In this document: positions 1 to 11,135 of the stretch, piece by piece
Layout of the letters: every line of letters starts with the position of its first letter
Position numbering within the stretch: position 1 is the first letter of the stretch
Source: Candidatus Bathyarchaeota archaeon
GTDB lineage: Archaea > Thermoproteota > Bathyarchaeia > Bathyarchaeales > Bathycorpusculaceae
DNA length: 64,000 bases
Assembly: GCA_963827165.1 (NCBI GenBank)
Contig: CAWGZR010000005.1
Location: 320,001 to 384,000 of the forward strand
Reading direction: 5' to 3'
Made by a program: the position numbers and the translations under genes
The notes under the pieces: generated by a model
The model's database searches: none
Told to the model about the DNA's origin: nothing
The model's input: only the letters and a program-made list of their open reading frames with translations

Positions 1-573
1 AGTATTTTTTACTTCTACACCAATCTTTAATTTACCAGAGCGGTGTTTCTGCAACAAAATCAAGATTGTGCCCTGTTTGTGCCCATTCTTGGTCGTTGTA
101 TTTGTTTGTATGCACCCCTGCAATTATGAAGCCTTGTGCACGCAATTCTGCCTTAACTAGTCCTTTCGAAGTGTTCTCCATAAGCTTTGCAGACATTAGG
201 ATTAGAGTATTTGTCGATAAGTTTGCAGGTTGATTTCTTGATATGCGCACTGTGATTGAGTGTTGAAAAGGGGGTTTATCTAATTTAGCGTTGAAAAAAG
301 AAAAAACGGCATGACAATATTTTGTTTTTGTCTCACTTTCCCACACCCGCCTCTTCTTCTTTTTTCTCCTCTACGAGTTGTTGAAATCGTTTGGTATGTT
401 ATCCATAGGAAGCCTGGCCAGCTTGTGAATACGTTTTTGTATTTGCGTCATGTAGTAAGGCGTTTTTTTTCTGCAGCGCCTAGTTTATCTGGAAATAGTT
501 TCATGACTTCAGGTTTCGCTTTTAAAATTTCGGGGTCAATTCTTGGTGTCTTTACTTGGTTTTCCGATATCAT
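1..573 (-). pseudogene. Frameshifted PD-(D/E)XK restriction-endonuclease-like gene, running off the window start
   Basis: ATG at 573; joined frames give ...HNLDFVAE / HRSGKLKIGVEVKNT, a D...ExK nuclease motif; several indels. Confidence 0.5.
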
Positions 574-934
574 CTCGATTTCGGTGCAGTACCTAACATA
601 TTTACTTATAAAGGGTATAAAACCAAAACCACTTTACATAAATATCTTTTTATTTCTTTTAAAATGAATAATCATTGCTTCGTTAAATCATATCCATCAA
701 GTTGTCGTTTGTTTGGGTTTTGACTTTTGTTTGAGTTCTTCGAGTACGCTGTCGAACTGGCATTTTGTAGGGTTTACTGCAGGGATTGCCTTATCCTGTT
801 TAGCGTAACCAAATTTGGTTACGGTGTGGTTGCTGGATGGTTAAAAAGAGCTTAAAAGACAAATGACCGTTTTATGGAATCTGTGATGAATAGACAAATA
901 TCCGTTGCATACACAGAGACAAAGCCCGTGAATA

Positions 935-1231
935 GTGCTCGTGGTCACCTCGAAAAAATTAACTTCAAGAATCGAGGAAACTTTTGATTCAGTGAAAAAT
1001 CCTCGAAAAGAGTTTGCTTTGATGTTTAATGACCCTGATATGCTGCGAAAGGTTATAAACGTTATTTATCCTGTTATGGCGGCTGGAGTGTCCACTCAAG
1101 TAATAATGTTAGGGAAACCGTTTAATCTGTGTATTTCAGATGAAAAACTGGATGTTGCGTACAATAGAATTAAATTCATCTTAAGGAGCCTAGAAAATGG
1201 GGTGCTACGATTAAGGAAGTTTCCAACATAA
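935..1231 (+). CDS. Hypothetical protein, possibly a fragment of a longer frameshifted gene continuing to ~1553
   Basis: 98-aa ORF with protein-like composition; no recognisable motif. Confidence 0.35.
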   Translation: MLVVTSKKLTSRIEETFDSVKNPRKEFALMFNDPDMLRKVINVIYPVMAAGVSTQVIMLGKPFNLCISDEKLDVAYNRIKFILRSLENGVLRLRKFPT

Positions 1232-1609
1232 GGCATATAGTTAGAAAAGTGTTAGAGCGTGAGCCCTCTGATGAGTTCGATTTAGCTGTAGAGTTTGAAA
1301 CTTTACGTGATTACGATTTTTGGAGGATTGGTTTGGGCAGTTGGAGTGGGACCGCAAGATTCCTCGTGATTATACTCGATGGGCGTTTAATCATGCGCTT
1401 GAGGAGGTGGAGGAGAAAGCAGATTATTTAGATTTGGCCGTCGTACAGAAGTTTGAATATGATCGGCTCTTGAGACTTGATGAACGTTATGGAAAGTTGG
1501 ATAGAAATGGAGTGAGCGGGAGAAATAAAGAGAGGAAGAAGACGACTCTGTAATATTGAGTCTTTTTATTCGAGTTATGCTTATCCCTTTGTAGTGAGCC
1601 ATTGTCCAA

Positions 1610-3096
1610 TTAGTTAGCTCGGGTTCTATTTTCTTTTAGTTCTTCGATGATGCTGTTGAATTGTTCCAGCGCTGATTGCAGGTTTTCCGCTATTTCTGCT
1701 GCTAAGATTTCGGGCGCTGGCAGGTTTTCTGTGTCTTCTAGGCTTTCGTCTTTGAGCCAGAAAATATCCAAGTTTGCTTTGTCTCGTTGCATAAGCTCAT
1801 TGTAGGTGAAGGCTTTGAAACGTTCTGTTTCTTTCCGGTCATGGCGGTTTTTTGGGTTATAGCATTTTATGAAGTCTTCCAAGTCTTTGTAGGCTAACTG
1901 CTTGTTTTTGAGTGTGAAGTGTTTGTTGGTGCGTAAGTCGTATATCCAGAGTTTTTCGTGTCCAAGGTGTTTCGCTGGCTGGTTTGCGGTCAAAGAAGAG
2001 CACGTTGGCTTTTACTCCTTGAGCATAGAATATGCCAGTTGGCAACCTGAGAAGCGTGTGGACGTCGCATTCATGGAGGATTTTTCGTCTTACGGTTTCG
2101 CCTGCTCCGCCTTCAAAGAGCACATTATCTGGCACAACTATAGCTGCTTTGCCGTTAATTTTCAGAAGTGTTTTGACATGTTGGAGGAAGTTTAGTTGTT
2201 TGTTGCTTGTTGTTGCCCAGAAGTCTTGGCGCTCATAGGTTAAGGCTTCTTTGTCTGCTTTGCCATCGCCATTGGTTAGGGTGACGCTGCTTTTCTTGCC
2301 AAACGGCGGATTAGTCAAAACCATATCGTAGCGTGTGCCGGGGTCAGCTAATCAGCGAATCGCCTGTTTCAATAGGGCATGGCTGGTCAACTTCGCCATC
2401 GATGCCATGAAGAAACAAGATTCATAACACATAAGCGCACAACATTGTCAACTATGTCTTTTCCGGTAAAAGTTTTGAATCTGAGGAATCTTTTCTGTTC
2501 CAAATCAAGTTGAAATTAGCTTGAAATATAGTCGTGGGCTGCAATAATGAAGCCGCCTGTTCCGCATGCTGGGTCGTTAATGGTCATGCCTGGTTTTGGC
2601 TCCATAACCTCAACCATAGCTTTAATAAGTGATCGAGGAGTGAAATATTGTCCAGCACCACTTTTGATGTCTTCAGCGTTTTTTTGAAGCAAGCCCTCGT
2701 AGATTTCGCCTTTAACATCAATATCCATCCCAATCCAAGTTTCATTGTTGATGAGTTCAAGTAGGCGTTTGAGTTTGGCTGGGTCTTGGATTTTGTTTTG
2801 TGCCTTGCGGAAGATAACGCCTAACATGCCTTTCTCTTTGCCCAAAGACTTCAAGCAAGTGGCGATAATGGATTTCGAGTTCTGTTCCGTCTTTAGATGT
2901 TAGGCTTTGCCAATCCAAATCCTTGCGGAATAGTTGAATGTTTATTGAATGGTGGCTTAGTTTGCTCATCAGCCATCTTCAAGAAAAGCAAATAAGTCAA
3001 CTGCTCAACGTAATCGCCATAACTAACCCCATCATCCTTAAGAACATTGCAGTAATTCCAAACTCTCTGAACTATCGATGCTGATTCATTTGACAT
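1610..3096 (-). pseudogene. hsdM: Type I R-M methyltransferase subunit (N6-adenine), split by frameshifts
   Basis: Fragments MSNESASIVQRVWNYCNVLKDDGVSYGDY, GAGQYFTPR, DPACGTGG, NPPF and LWIYDLRTN across several frames. Confidence 0.9.
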
Positions 3097-4547
3097 AATG
3101 AGACAACTCCACTTGATTATTATTTTTAGATTTCTATTGTTGAAACGTTCAGCTTTTATGCGTTCTAACAACTTCTCAGCAGGCTCATCAGCAGGGTCTT
3201 GAGGAACAAGTTTCCCTGCAAAAGCGTCTTTTAAAATACTTTGACGAAATTCTCACTAATGACAATTTGTCTTACAGTTTCTTCAGTTTCATCTAATGAC
3301 GAAAAATACGTTTCAACATTTTCACTATTTCCTTTTGTTCAACAAGTGGTGGAAGGGATCGGTATTGATTTCAAGTATTGTCAGGTTTACATATGATTTG
3401 ACCAGTGCCTAGTTACTTCTTTCAGTCTAATATTTGTAGACCAATTGAGAACATAAAAATAATTCAAATAGTTTGGCAATTTTTCACTGCAAATGGATCC
3501 AAACTAATTAATATGTGCTAAACACAAAGTCTTCTTTGAATTCACCAGTTACAGCGGTCTTGACCAACGATATTTAAAGTTCCATTCTGTTCGAAAACAG
3601 AAATCGTCACTTGGCTAACAGATTAGACTGTTTAATTGATTCTCTTCATTTTGGCATGTTACATAGAATCTACTTCAAGACGAGCCTTAACTATGTTGTA
3701 TTCGTAAAACAGGAAATCCTTCGGTGCTATGGAAAAGTTCCTTTAGGATATTCCATCCTCCTGAATATTAGAAGTTTCACCATATTTGTCCAAACCCATG
3801 TTTCAGGCAACTTGGGAAAATCATGAATCTCGTTATTTAACCATATTTTCGGCTATCTTTTTCTGATCTTTTATGCTTTGGTTACCTATTCTAGCAGTTT
3901 TTGATGCTGATTCTATCTGTTCTTTGTGTGTTTTTCGCCATTTTCTGTTAGTTTCCCTTCAAAGGCGTATTTTAGAACTGCTTGGCGGTAACGCTTAAGT
4001 TGCGCTTGCACTGCAGAGCGATTCTACGCCTGCATCGAGAAAAGAAAACAACTCCTCAACTTGCGAACAATACGAACTTGCTCATTAAATGGGAGCAAAA
4101 GGGATTGATAATTTGCGAATTACTTTTATTTCGATAGGTACGTTCCGTTGTCCGAAGCTTTATTCAATTATGCTTTTTTGAAATATTGATAAATGCACAT
4201 AAAATATATGAATTCAGAAAGATTATGGTTCTACAACGACGCATTTATTTCTGGTCACTGACCTCAGCAGCGAACAGTTTTCCTCGATTGATGCCTAGAA
4301 GGAAACCATGACTGTCTTTTTTGGCACAAGCCTTCTGTTCTAGCCCAAGTATTTGAGAGCTTGTTTCGATCTTTAACAATAAATTTCCCAGAATTGTAGG
4401 TCAGTTGGTTTGAGAATGGATAATATTTCCATAATTTCTGAGCAAGCTTGGAGGTGTTGTTCCCGTTACAACATTACCAATTGTTGAGACAGTTTACCGA
4501 CGCCCATCCGTTAGGCAACTGAGGAGATTAGCTATTTTCCTACTCAC
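3086..4547 (-). pseudogene. hsdS: Type I R-M specificity subunit, heavily frameshifted
   Basis: Lies between hsdR and hsdM; fragments LPNGW, LKRYRQAVLKYAFEGKLT, LPETWVWT, LPPLVEQKEI, SILKDAFAGKLVPQDPADEPA. Confidence 0.85.
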
Positions 4548-7301
4548 TTTGTTAGCACCATGTTTAGTTCTTCTAGTGTTTTGTTTAGTTCTTTTCCGAA
4601 TAGTTGGTAGGCTTTGACTGCTCCGCCTTTCTGGTTAAAGGGTGATAGTTCGAAGGCGTCTATTCCAACGTTTAGGCTGGTGGTTATGTGTTGTTTTATC
4701 ATGTTTAGCCATTCAGTCTGTTCAGGCGTGAATTGTTTGCCATGGCTTTTTTGGTTGTTTAGCCATGCATTAAAGTTGCGGTCTACTTCGTCTGGGAAGG
4801 GCTCTAAAACGTTAGCTGAGCCGACTGCGAAGCGGACAAGAGAAACAATGTTGGTTAAGAGTTTCTGTGGACCGGCACCCAACACTTTTGATTTTTCCAA
4901 CTGTTCATAGGCAAGCCAAACGAGTTCAGGCGTCAAGTTATACGGTGGCTTCTTGATTGCATCAGCGAACTCTTTAATGGCGCCATAGGTTAATTGCCTT
5001 CTTCCAAAGGGTTGGCTGTAAATAATTTGAAGCGCCGTTAACTCATCTTTGTTCTTCTCGATAAAGTCTTTGAAAGATTTAACCGTTAATTTGAGCTTTC
5101 TCAGACGACTGCCTGGATCATGACCCTGCGGAAACCACTTCGTCTTTACTGACGTTGTCGATGGTTTGCTCATTTGCTCTGTTTAATCTCTATGACTTTG
5201 TTTCTGAACTCGGGCATATCAAAAACAGCACACGCAACCTTAGCCAATTCGTCAGCGCCCTTTTTAAATTGTAGGGGGTTGGGTTATCGGTTTTGAAGAG
5301 TTGTTTTGCTTTTTCAAGTTGCTTATCTGGGTCAACAGCATCTAATAATTCATTGATAACTTCTTTGAGCGTTTTCCTCCACCGCTTCGTTTTCAATCTC
5401 TTTGTGGAGCCTCATCCAATTCACGGTCAAAACGGGCAAGCGTCCAGCCAAAGAAGTCAAAGTATCAGTATCCCTAACACCCATAGCAACTGAATCCAAC
5501 AACTTATCAAAAGGAACTACTTCGCTTACGCTCTAACGGGCGGGAATCAGTTTTGTCGCTCTCACAAACACCCACCGCATCAACTATAACAAAATGGGTC
5601 TTGCTTCAGCATCCCCCGTAACCGACTTCAAATCAGTATCGGAAATAGTTCTTGTGCCCCGACCTTTCATCTGCTCAAAATAGACGCTTGAATGAATATC
5701 ACGCATAAACAACAAACACTCAAAAGGGCGAATGTCTGTGCCTGTAGAAATCATATCCACTGTAACCGCAACCCGTGGATTATACGAGTTTCTAAAGCTG
5801 GCAATCAAAACCTCAGTGGGTTCTCGCTATTGGTGCGGTAAGTAATTTTCTTGCAGAAATCATTTCCTTTGCCAAATTCTTCACGAATAATCTCAACAAT
5901 GTCCTCAGCATGGCTGTCATCCTTAGCAAAAACCAAGGTTTTAGGAACTTCTTTCGCCCAGGAAAAATCTCCGTAAACAGTTTGTCTCTGAAAGTGCGGA
6001 TAACCGTTCTTATCTGATCCTTAGCTACAACACTGCGGTCAAGCGCCCTAGCCTCATACTCTAAATCATCAGCTAACTGCTCCCAACGTACTTTGCGGCT
6101 TAGCTTATCACGTTTGTCAACATAAAAGCCAGCCTCAACCTTGCTGCCGCCACCAGTAATCTTTGTGTTAATGCGGTAAACATCATAGCCAACATTTACC
6201 CCGTCAGCTACGGCTCGGTCATGTCCATACTCCATAACAAATTCTGGTTAAAGAAACCCAAAGTTTGCTTAGAAGGCGTCGCCGTTAACCCAATGATGAA
6301 TGCGTCAAAATACTCAAGCACTTGACGCCACAAGATGGTAAATCGAGCGGTGGCACTCATCAGTAATTATCACATCAAACATTTCAAGAGGAATCTCAGG
6401 GTTATACACTACGTCAACGGGTTTAGTGTCTTTTTGGGGTAACTCAAAAGAGGAGGCTTCCTCGTTTTCCTCCAAAAAATCCTCACCGCGAAGCATAGCA
6501 TAGAGCCGTTGAATAGTTGTAATGCAAACTCTGCTTACTGAATCAATATTACGGGAAGTTAACCGTTGAACATTATACAACTCGGTGAACTTGCGGCCAT
6601 CATCAGGCGTTCCTATATTGCTGGAACTCCTGCAAAGTCTGTTTGGCTAAAGTATTGCGGTCAACTAAAAACAAAACCCGCCGAGCACCACCAAACTTTA
6701 TCAAACGGTAAACTTCGGTAACTGAGGTAAACGTTTTGCCACTGCCAGAAGCCATTTGAATTAACGCTCTGGGACGCGAATTAGCTAACGACAACTCCAA
6801 GTTCTCTAAGGCTTCAACTTGGCAATCACGCAACCCCTCCTTGATCAAAGGCGACATAGACCGCAAACGCTGCCTAAGCGTGCTCTCCTCATGCACCCAC
6901 TCATGCAACGTCTCAGGCTTATGAAAAGCAAAAACATGCCTCGAACGGCAATCGGGGTCACGCAAATCCCTAAAAAACGTCTCTACTCCCGTGCTTTCAT
7001 AAGCAAAGGGTAAAACATCGCCAACATGGGGGATATTCTGGGGCAAACTATGCAGATACTTCTCTGTCTGCTCCGAAACCCCACTTAAAGTCGTGCCTTC
7101 AGACTTAGCCTCCACAACACCTATGGCATGACGCTCAACAAATAACAAATAATCTGCAAACCCAGCTCCACTCAAAGGAAACTCGCGAACCGCAACGCCA
7201 ACACCGGCACCAAGGTTCAAATCCTTGTAATCCTGCACTAACCATCCTGCAGCTTCAAGCAACGCATCAATTTTTTTGCGAGCGGATTCCTCTGGTTTCA
7301 T
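4544..7301 (-). pseudogene. hsdR: Type I R-M restriction/translocase subunit (EcoEI-like), split by frameshifts
   Basis: ADYLLF..VVEAK nuclease motif, MASGSGKT Walker A, DECHRS, TVDMISTGTD, QMKGRGTR and an EcoEI-R-like C-terminus. Confidence 0.9.
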
Positions 7302-7422
7302 GTTAGGGCAACACCATTTTTGGCTTGATTTAGTTATAGATGAATGCTTTAACTTTTAACACTTCTTAATTTGCTATCAAAAAATAAACCCCCAACTAAG
7401 AAATTAATACCTAAAAACAACA

Positions 7423-7449
7423 GGTCACAGCAGTCACACTGGTCACGGT
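7423..7449 (+). repeat. Three GTCAC repeats with a 9-bp period (iteron/operator-like) upstream of hsdR
   Basis: GGTCACAGC AGTCACACT GGTCACGGT; GTCAC starts at 7424, 7433, 7442. Confidence 0.5.
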
Positions 7450-7538
7450 ATTTTCTTGCAGGAGTTTACTGCCGATATTGAAGGGATATACAGTCTTTTA
7501 CGGCTGGAGCTACCGTGGATTCCATTGTTAATTTTTCT

Positions 7539-7754
7539 ATCGCCTTTTACGATGCTTTAGCCGACGACGAAAGCGCTAAGCAGGTTCTTGGCGATAAAAC
7601 TTTGCAGGTTATCGCAAGAGAACTTGTAGACATGGTTAGAAAAAACGTGACCATCGACTGGACTCTGCGAGATAGTGTATAAGCGAAATTGCGAGTGATG
7701 GTTAAGCAAATACTCAAAAAATATGGTTACCCACCCGACAAACAAGAAAAAGCC
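7539..7754 (+). pseudogene. Remnant of the C-terminal DUF3387 domain of a second type I HsdR
   Basis: Translates [71 protein letters not shown]; in-frame stop, no start. Confidence 0.8.
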
Positions 7755-7850
7755 CTTATTCTTGGAAAAATGGGGTGGTGCATTAAACTAGAGTAATTTT
7801 TGATAGTTCAAGATTAAACAAAAAATAAGGGAGGGGTTGGGTATTATGAG

Positions 7851-8066
7851 TCAAGTGAAGCTTTCAAACATTGCCCAAAACATTGCGGTATCTCCAGAAA
7901 CCGCAACTCCGCTACTGATTACTTTGTATCCTTCTGATGCTTTTTTGTTAAGTGCTTTGTTCCAGTCCTCTAACTCTTTTGTTTCTTGCCAAGTTCCTTT
8001 TTCGCCTTTTGCTAACCCTACAATCGTGGGAATATGATATGGTCGGTACATAGTCGTATATTTCAT
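7851..8066 (-). CDS. Small hypothetical protein (DUF4177-like)
   Basis: 71 aa; ALNKKASEGYKVISS resembles the LN..G.EGWELV pattern; SD-like GAGGGA upstream. Confidence 0.5.
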   Translation of the reverse strand: MKYTTMYRPYHIPTIVGLAKGEKGTWQETKELEDWNKALNKKASEGYKVISSGVAVSGDTAMFWAMFESFT

Positions 8067-8120
8067 TCTAATCCCTCACATGATAACCTATATTATCCAT
8101 TTCTCTTGTTTTAAATTGAT

Positions 8121-8564
8121 TTATTCTACCCAGTAAGTTCTGTAATCGTAGCCATCTTCAGTTTCGGTGCCTGTTTTGATAAGCCCTTTTTTAGCTAGTT
8201 TGGTCCCAGAAAATGCATTGCCTCTACTTACATCCCCCTTGTTCCTTCCATCAAAAAGCGTTGGGAACCGTTTCATCATCTCTTCAGCTAGTTGTTCTGA
8301 CCAAGCCGCATTAGCTTTGCCATGGTGTTTTTCATAGAGAACTGTTAACATAGCTGCACTATGTTGGTTATCCTCATGGTCAGGGTAGAGTTTTTTTATT
8401 TCTTCGGAGAACTCTTGTTTGATTTCTGATTGTTGTTGGGCGAGCTGAACTCCTTTGTATTCACCTAGGACTTTGTTTAATTTCGCTATCAGCTCAGGAA
8501 TATTCTTGGCTTTTACGGTTACAACTATTTCGTTATTTTCTACTTCCATTTCACTTCGCCTCAA
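8121..8564 (-). CDS. Hypothetical protein, possible C-terminal winged-helix
   Basis: 147-aa ORF; C-terminal LAKKGLIK...YRTYWV wing-like pattern. Confidence 0.55.
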   Translation of the reverse strand: MRRSEMEVENNEIVVTVKAKNIPELIAKLNKVLGEYKGVQLAQQQSEIKQEFSEEIKKLYPDHEDNQHSAAMLTVLYEKHHGKANAAWSEQLAEEMMKRFPTLFDGRNKGDVSRGNAFSGTKLAKKGLIKTGTETEDGYDYRTYWVE

Positions 8565-8695
8565 TTTTTACCATTGTAAGTGAAATCACCACATCAATAG
8601 TAACTTCACCTTAACAATAATGTTATATTATAGTTACTTAGTATTTAACTATACTGATACCTAAAAATTAAAATGAAGTGAGGAAAGGCTGAAAA

Positions 8696-9642
8696 ATGAG
8701 CATACAAACAGATATTGACTCTTTAAAAGTCGAATTAAAACGGGTTAATGACAAATTAACTCAAATATCTACAACATTAGATTTGCAACAAAGGCGTTTT
8801 GAAACCTTTTTTGAAATCCAAGATACATCAATTGAGGCTATGTCAATCATTCGCTATTATGCTTCTAGGGCTGAAAATATGACCGCCCATGAATTAAAGG
8901 AAGGAATTATGAGTTGTCTTGAGCGATTAGAAGAAATTCGCTGCTCGACTCAAGAAGCAAACTTGCAGGAAATGGTTCAAGAAAAACAACAATTCATTTT
9001 TGGCGCACTTCTAGATTTTGGCAAAACGAAAAAAAATTCCTCCAGGAGAAGTATTCACTTTAATCAACGAAACGCTTGGTCCTCAAGGAACAGAAGCAAC
9101 AGTGAACATTAATGAAGTTGCCAGAGTCTTCGGGGTAGCAGAAGCATCAAGCTGGAAAACATTAGTTGGTTCATAAAGTTCACAAAATCGACGATGTAGA
9201 AAGTGTGAATTATGAGTGTAACGGGAAAGCTATCCGAGCAATATGTAAGTTACTGGTATGGAAAACAAAACCCGCCTGTTACCTTTAACAAAAAGCATTC
9301 GAAGGGGTGTGACCTAAGTCCACTAGCTATGAATTACATGTGGAAGTCAAAGGCACATCAGAAATAGAATTCAGTAAATTTCGACCATATTTTACGCTCG
9401 CACAGCTAGATTTAGCCATTGCAAAAGGTCGAAATTACAAAATTCACATCTTGCTAGGAGTCGATGATTTTGGAAACCCAAATGAACATTGGATTGCAGA
9501 TGGCACCGTTTTTAGCGGTTATGCTAATTTTGTAATAGCCACAAAGAAATTCTTAGAAAACTGGAAGACAACAAGTAAAGAACAACTAAAACCTGATGTC
9601 ACGGTATTTTTGAGAAATTTGGAAGGATTTAAAAAGATTTAA
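8696..9642 (+). pseudogene. Coiled-coil protein with a C-terminal DUF3883-like (PD-(D/E)XK) domain, frameshifted
   Basis: ORFs 8696-9112 and 9340-9642; GCDL...EVKGT motif. Confidence 0.55.
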
Positions 9643-9645
9643 CCC

Positions 9646-9970
9646 TTTTCTGGAAAATCGCTCTTTCAGATACACAAGCAAATGAACAAATGAGCGCCCT
9701 TCCCGCAACCATAATTTCGGTTCACCCAGAAACAGGAATGACAATGGTTATTCCCTTTACTAAAAACCCAGATTGTATTCGCTTTTCATAATCATATCTA
9801 GTTTAAGAAGCCAAATACAAACGGAATCATCTTGATTCAGTAGCCTTAATTTTTCAAATGCGGTGCTTAAGCAATTCCACGGCGAGATTCCTATACAAAA
9901 TGGGAACTATTGAAGATACACACCTTTATCAAATCAAAACGCTCATAAAAAACTACTTGGCTATCGGAAG
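9646..9970 (+). pseudogene. PemK/MazF-family toxin remnant
   Basis: FWKIALSDTQANEQ...PATIIS...MVIPFT...DSVALIFQMRCLS...RFLYKMGTIE, with in-frame stops and an indel. Confidence 0.7.
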
Positions 9971-10050
9971 CAACAATTACCCTAACTTGGCTTTTTCACT
10001 CTTAAACTAAACTGTACTAAACAGAATTTTGTTTAGTTCAGCGATAAAAG

Positions 10051-10542
10051 TTAAACGTTTTTTGTTATACTAGCCGCTCGAAGATATCGCATTGAAACGG
10101 TCAATCGATTTCTGCTTAAGCTGTTTTTTATACCGTTGTTTATTTTTGTATCTCCTTTTCCTCTGCTTGCATGGCCAAAGCGGGCAATTTTCCAATTCTT
10201 GAGGTTTCCACGTATAATCTGGGGGTTGCTTGTGACTATGTAGAAAGGCATTTTTGTCTGCGAAGTGTAGAGCTCAGCTATGAAGCTTAAAAGCAGCTTT
10301 CCAACGCCGATACCTTGGTAATCAGGTAAAACAACTAATCTGCTTACTCTATAATAATTTGACTTCATACGAGTGTGAACTACAGCGATGAATGCTATTG
10401 GCTTATCCTGATAGACTGCTATGTAGCACCGCGCAGTTGAAGCCAATGAGCCGTTTAGATAGTGATAGTGTCGAAACATCTTCCAAAGAGAAGCGCCGCA
10501 CCGATAAACCTTGAGTTCAACGGGCGGCCGACTTCTTTTTTT
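10051..10542 (-). CDS. GNAT acetyltransferase (Mom-like); probably the C-terminal half of an ABC-ATPase-GNAT fusion made by -1 frameshift
   Basis: RPPVELKVYRCGASLWKMFRHYHYL...RVSRLVVLPDYQGIGVG acetyl-CoA motif; frame is open back to the A7 run at 10536-10542. Confidence 0.8.
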   Translation of the reverse strand, partial: KKRSRPPVELKVYRCGASLWKMFRHYHYLNGSLASTARCYIAVYQDKPIAFIAVVHTRMKSNYYRVSRLVVLPDYQGIGVGKLLLSFIAELYTSQTKMPFYIVTSNPQIIRGNLKNWKIARFGHASRGKGDTKINNGIKNSLSRNRLTVSMRYLRAASITKNV

Positions 10543-11135
10543 CGGCTAAACTCCATTGTGTCAGTGCAGAAAACCCAGTCTGGCTCTAACCAATCAACCA
10601 CATCGTAATGGCAAGTAACAGCTATGAACTTCATCTTTGATCGTCTGACAGCCTTGCTGATTGCATATGCGCTTACTTTAGCTATTTCCCTATCAACAAC
10701 GCTCGTAAACTCATCAAAAACAATCAAAGGTTTATCAAAGCATAGGGCATGGGCTATGTCTACTCGCATCTTTTCCCCTTGGCTAAGACACTCATAGCTT
10801 TTAAGCCAGTCAGGTGGAGAAGCAAAACCCACACTGCAAAGAGCTCTCGTAATCTCACCGGTCTCAAGCTGCTCGGGAAAATCATCCAAGACGCATTTAT
10901 GTGTGTATTCAAAGCCTCTTATGTACGCATCAGGGAAAAGCTGCTTAGCAATGCTTGTTTTACCCGAACCACTACGACCAACAATGATGCCAACTTGCCA
11001 CTCATCATCTTCAATAGGAAGAGAGCCTTTGAACTGCTTCTCCAACTTAACATCTGACAACGTATAGCTGCCTACAACACTTAGCGCTCTAAAAGTGTCG
11101 GCTTGATCCCAATGTTTTACAACGTCAAAATCCGT
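10455..11135 (-). CDS. Soluble ABC-type ATPase (virus-associated, GNAT-linked)
   Basis: GRSGSGKTS Walker A, LSQGEK signature, IVFDEFTS Walker B, VTCH H-loop; frame open from 11138 without an ATG. Confidence 0.85.
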   Translation of the reverse strand, partial: TDFDVVKHWDQADTFRALSVVGSYTLSDVKLEKQFKGSLPIEDDEWQVGIIVGRSGSGKTSIAKQLFPDAYIRGFEYTHKCVLDDFPEQLETGEITRALCSVGFASPPDWLKSYECLSQGEKMRVDIAHALCFDKPLIVFDEFTSVVDREIAKVSAYAISKAVRRSKMKFIAVTCHYDVVDWLEPDWVFCTDTMEFSRKKEVGRPLNSRFIGAALLFGRCFDTITI

